64,000 nucleotides of DNA. Origin: Pirellulales bacterium. GTDB lineage: Bacteria; Planctomycetota; Planctomycetia; Pirellulales; JBFWUW01. The notes beneath the pieces were generated by a model. That model saw only the letters and a list, made by a program, of their open reading frames with translations. It was not told where the DNA came from and did not search any database. Positions 61,612 through 64,000 of the stretch are shown here, piece after piece (position 1 is the stretch's first letter; every line of letters begins with the position of its first letter). The position numbers were made by a program, and so were the translations under genes. The DNA is taken from positions 9,198 through 73,197 of the forward strand of contig JBFWUW010000029.1 in assembly GCA_050247075.1 (NCBI GenBank), written 5' to 3'.

Positions 61612-63999
61612 CTACTTCGCCAGATACAAAAACGGCCGGCGGAACATGCCGCCCATGTGATGAGGGTTGTTCACACGCACCACGAAGTTGTTCTTGCCGG
61701 CTTGCAAGTGGCCGGCCAGATCGACATCCCATTCAAACCGGTAATCGTTATACCACCACATCTCGCGCTGCGGGCGGTTAGACACCAGATAGCCGTTGAC
61801 GTACAGCCAACTCTCGGCGAACAGGCCGGGAAACTTCACATGCATCGGGCCGGCGGCCTGCTCGGCCGTAAGGTCCACTTCGGTCTGGTACCAGCAAATA
61901 CCGTTGTAGTAGTGATAGTCGGGTGAAAGCACGCCTTGCGCCTGGGGATACAAGTCGGTGCGGAGCATTTCCCATTCATTTGGGTTGTTCATGTGGGCGG
62001 AGATAAGGTCGCTCTTGTCGGCGGCCTTCCACCAAGACAAGTCGGGCGTCTTTCGCGCCCAACTGCTAGCCAGACCCGTGTCGTGGGGATCGCGGCGAAA
62101 GGCCCACTCCAGCGGCAACCTTGCCGCCAGCGTCCCCTTGGTGCCGTTGGTGAACTCCAGCAATTCGCGGTATTGCTGCACCTCGCCCGGCCACCAGGCA
62201 TAGCCCCCTTCGCCAATTTTCTCGTAGGTGGTAAAGGTGCCGTTCATTTCGGTCAGTTGCTTGCGGGCGGCCAGCCCGCGTTCTCCGGCGGCAACGGCGG
62301 CGGCGTAGTCGATGTCGCTAGCGGCGGCCTGGGTCATGGCCATGTAGTTGACAAGAACCTCGTAACCCAATCGCGTAAACTTCATGCGGCCGAGATACAA
62401 CTGTTCGTTCCGCGACTTGTCGGGCTTGGCCGACAAGGCTTGCAAGGCGGCTTCGCCGGCCGCCAGGTGGCTGCCAAGTTGTGTCACGAGTTCGGGCGTA
62501 TAGACAACCGGCGCGACGAAGAATTCGTGCTCGGTGGCGATGGATTCTTTCCAGGCATTGTTGATGGCACCCCAATACTGGGCCATCGGCTTGGCGGCCG
62601 GCCCGTAAAACTTGGGATAGAACTCGGCCAGCAGCTCATCAACATCGGCATCGGGATTCCAGTAGAGTTGGCCGCGAACATACAAATTAAGGAACGTGGT
62701 CGCCATCGCTCCGCGGCTCTCGGTGTCGACCCCCAGAATGCCCGCCTTTCGGTAGTGTTTGACCGCCTGGCGGATGGTTTCATACGACGGATTGGGAATA
62801 TCCCGCCAGACCAACATTCCCTGGTCGTAGTCATAGATCACCAGCCGGCCTTGCATGACTTCAGCCCAGCGGTAGAGCATCTCCTTGTACTCTTGCTGCG
62901 GCGGAGAACGGGGATCGTCCATGCCATGTATGGGGTCGATATCGATCGGGGCCAGATAGGCCACCAGTGACTTCTCGGAGGTCAGCTTGCGCTGCGGTGG
63001 CAAGGTGATGTTGCTGTACGCCAGAAAGCCGATCTTAGCGTTGCTGCTGGGGTATTGCATTTGCAGGTTGGCTGCGACGTTGTTGTAGAACGTCAGAAAG
63101 GCGTCAGTGAGCGAGGGGACCATGAAATACTTGTCGCGCAAACCGGCCTTCAGCAAGTTGTCGGCGGGCGAGTCCGATTCGTAAATGCCGTCCTCCAGCC
63201 CCAGCGTAATCCGTTCGCCATTCTCAAAGGCCGGCGCTAGCTGCTTGGCTACATGCTCGGCGGTGGCTGGCTCGGCAATGGGGACATTGAAAATGGTCTT
63301 GCCCGGCGGCACCAGCGTCTGCGTATATTGCGCCAAGGCATGGCCTGAGGGCACGATCTCGTCGTTCATGAAATTGCGTCGCTGGAATTCGTCCTTGCCG
63401 GTGGTATCGCCCAGCCACGATAGCCAATACCGCCGCACCTCAAAGGGCGGCCCATAGGCGTAGTCCAGCGCATCGACCGACAACGACTTTTTCTCTGGAA
63501 TGCACTCGCCAAATTCGGTGGGCAGATACCAGCGGCAGCCCATGCGGCGTAGCAATTCGGCGACGGCATAATAGTGGCTTTCGTCGTTGCTGCCGGCCAG
63601 GTAGACACGGTTGTTCGCCCGGCGCAGCACGATGGCATCGGACCGCAACACCGGAGTGGCCTTGGCCACTTTGCCCAGCGCGGCGTTCAGCGTGGCATCG
63701 GCGGCCAGCGCCTGTTGCCCCACAATCAGCACGGGCCCCTGGCCCGCCAGCGCGGCTTGAATGGCGGCATCGTCGGCTGCCAACGGCGCGGTGGAGCCGG
63801 TCATCAGCCCGATGCAGCGGACCATTTCGTCTGCCGCCCGTTTTTCCCACGGTCCCGCCTGAGGTGAAACCACCACGGTGGCCGCCGGCTTGCCCCGTTC
63901 CGCCAGTACCAGGGGGTCAGCCCCCCGCATCAGAACAGGTTGCGCCGCTGCCAGCAGCGTAAACAGGGCCATCCCAAGCAGGCGAATAGATTTCTGCAT
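61612..63999 (-). CDS. Secreted DUF4838-like glycoside-hydrolase-related protein with C-terminal galactose-binding-like domain
   Basis: Signal peptide MQKSIRLLGMALFTLLAAAQPVLMRG. The N-terminal pattern (LVLAERGKPAATVVVSP...AADEMVRCIGLMTG...YAVAELLRRMGCRWYLP) is typical of DUF4838. The C-terminus ICWYQTEVDL...VKFPGLFAESWLYVNGYLV resembles the GH2 sugar-binding fold. Confidence 0.65.
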   Translation of the reverse strand: MQKSIRLLGMALFTLLAAAQPVLMRGADPLVLAERGKPAATVVVSPQAGPWEKRAADEMVRCIGLMTGSTAPLAADDAAIQAALAGQGPVLIVGQQALAADATLNAALGKVAKATPVLRSDAIVLRRANNRVYLAGSNDESHYYAVAELLRRMGCRWYLPTEFGECIPEKKSLSVDALDYAYGPPFEVRRYWLSWLGDTTGKDEFQRRNFMNDEIVPSGHALAQYTQTLVPPGKTIFNVPIAEPATAEHVAKQLAPAFENGERITLGLEDGIYESDSPADNLLKAGLRDKYFMVPSLTDAFLTFYNNVAANLQMQYPSSNAKIGFLAYSNITLPPQRKLTSEKSLVAYLAPIDIDPIHGMDDPRSPPQQEYKEMLYRWAEVMQGRLVIYDYDQGMLVWRDIPNPSYETIRQAVKHYRKAGILGVDTESRGAMATTFLNLYVRGQLYWNPDADVDELLAEFYPKFYGPAAKPMAQYWGAINNAWKESIATEHEFFVAPVVYTPELVTQLGSHLAAGEAALQALSAKPDKSRNEQLYLGRMKFTRLGYEVLVNYMAMTQAAASDIDYAAAVAAGERGLAARKQLTEMNGTFTTYEKIGEGGYAWWPGEVQQYRELLEFTNGTKGTLAARLPLEWAFRRDPHDTGLASSWARKTPDLSWWKAADKSDLISAHMNNPNEWEMLRTDLYPQAQGVLSPDYHYYNGICWYQTEVDLTAEQAAGPMHVKFPGLFAESWLYVNGYLVSNRPQREMWWYNDYRFEWDVDLAGHLQAGKNNFVVRVNNPHHMGGMFRRPFLYLAK

Positions 64000-64000
64000 G

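Noticed and set aside
1-64000. Mobile elements, integrases, toxin-antitoxin pairs, restriction or other defence systems, tRNA/rRNA genes
   Set aside because: I scanned all ORF translations and intergenic regions by eye. I saw no transposase DDE/HUH, recombinase, Cas, nuclease-methylase or tRNA-like (GTTCGAATC T-arm) signatures. Absence cannot be proven without profile searches.

Overview
High-GC, gene-dense chromosomal segment. Its gene content points to Planctomycetota, probably Pirellulales-like: a DUF1501 plus DUF1549/DUF1553 (PSD/PSCyt) pair, a cytochrome-domain WD40 protein, many very large secreted proteins and prepilin-type proteins. I call about 40 protein genes. I saw no rRNA, tRNA, CRISPR array, transposase, integrase or prophage. 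Housekeeping genes are hisS, hisA, a divergent EF-G paralogue, mscL and yifB/comM.

Accessory content:
1. A pilus/T2SS-like locus at 32.7-50.4 kb. It holds a GspE/PilB-type ATPase, PilT, a second GspE/PilB-type ATPase, PilC/GspF, four oversized prepilin-type proteins and a 1,991-aa GspK-like giant. No secretin or prepilin peptidase is in view.
2. A separate PilM-PilN fusion gene followed by two large single-pass low-complexity proteins (16.8-22.6 kb).
3. A minus-strand gene run of unknown function (16.4 to 8.0 kb) built around DUF1501 and DUF1549/DUF1553.
4. A glycan-type cluster of secreted proteins at 55.9-64.0 kb.

The non-coding DNA is unusual. In-phase heptanucleotide arrays fill several gene junctions. 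A REP-like hairpin family with core CTGTAGGAGGCG recurs at least seven times, and once forms an intrinsic terminator.

The most interesting candidate is the secretin-less pilus-like system with its giant Ca-loop-bearing tip-type subunit.

All domain calls come from recognising motifs by eye in the supplied translations. No database search or folding was run. Start codons are my best choice among in-frame options.
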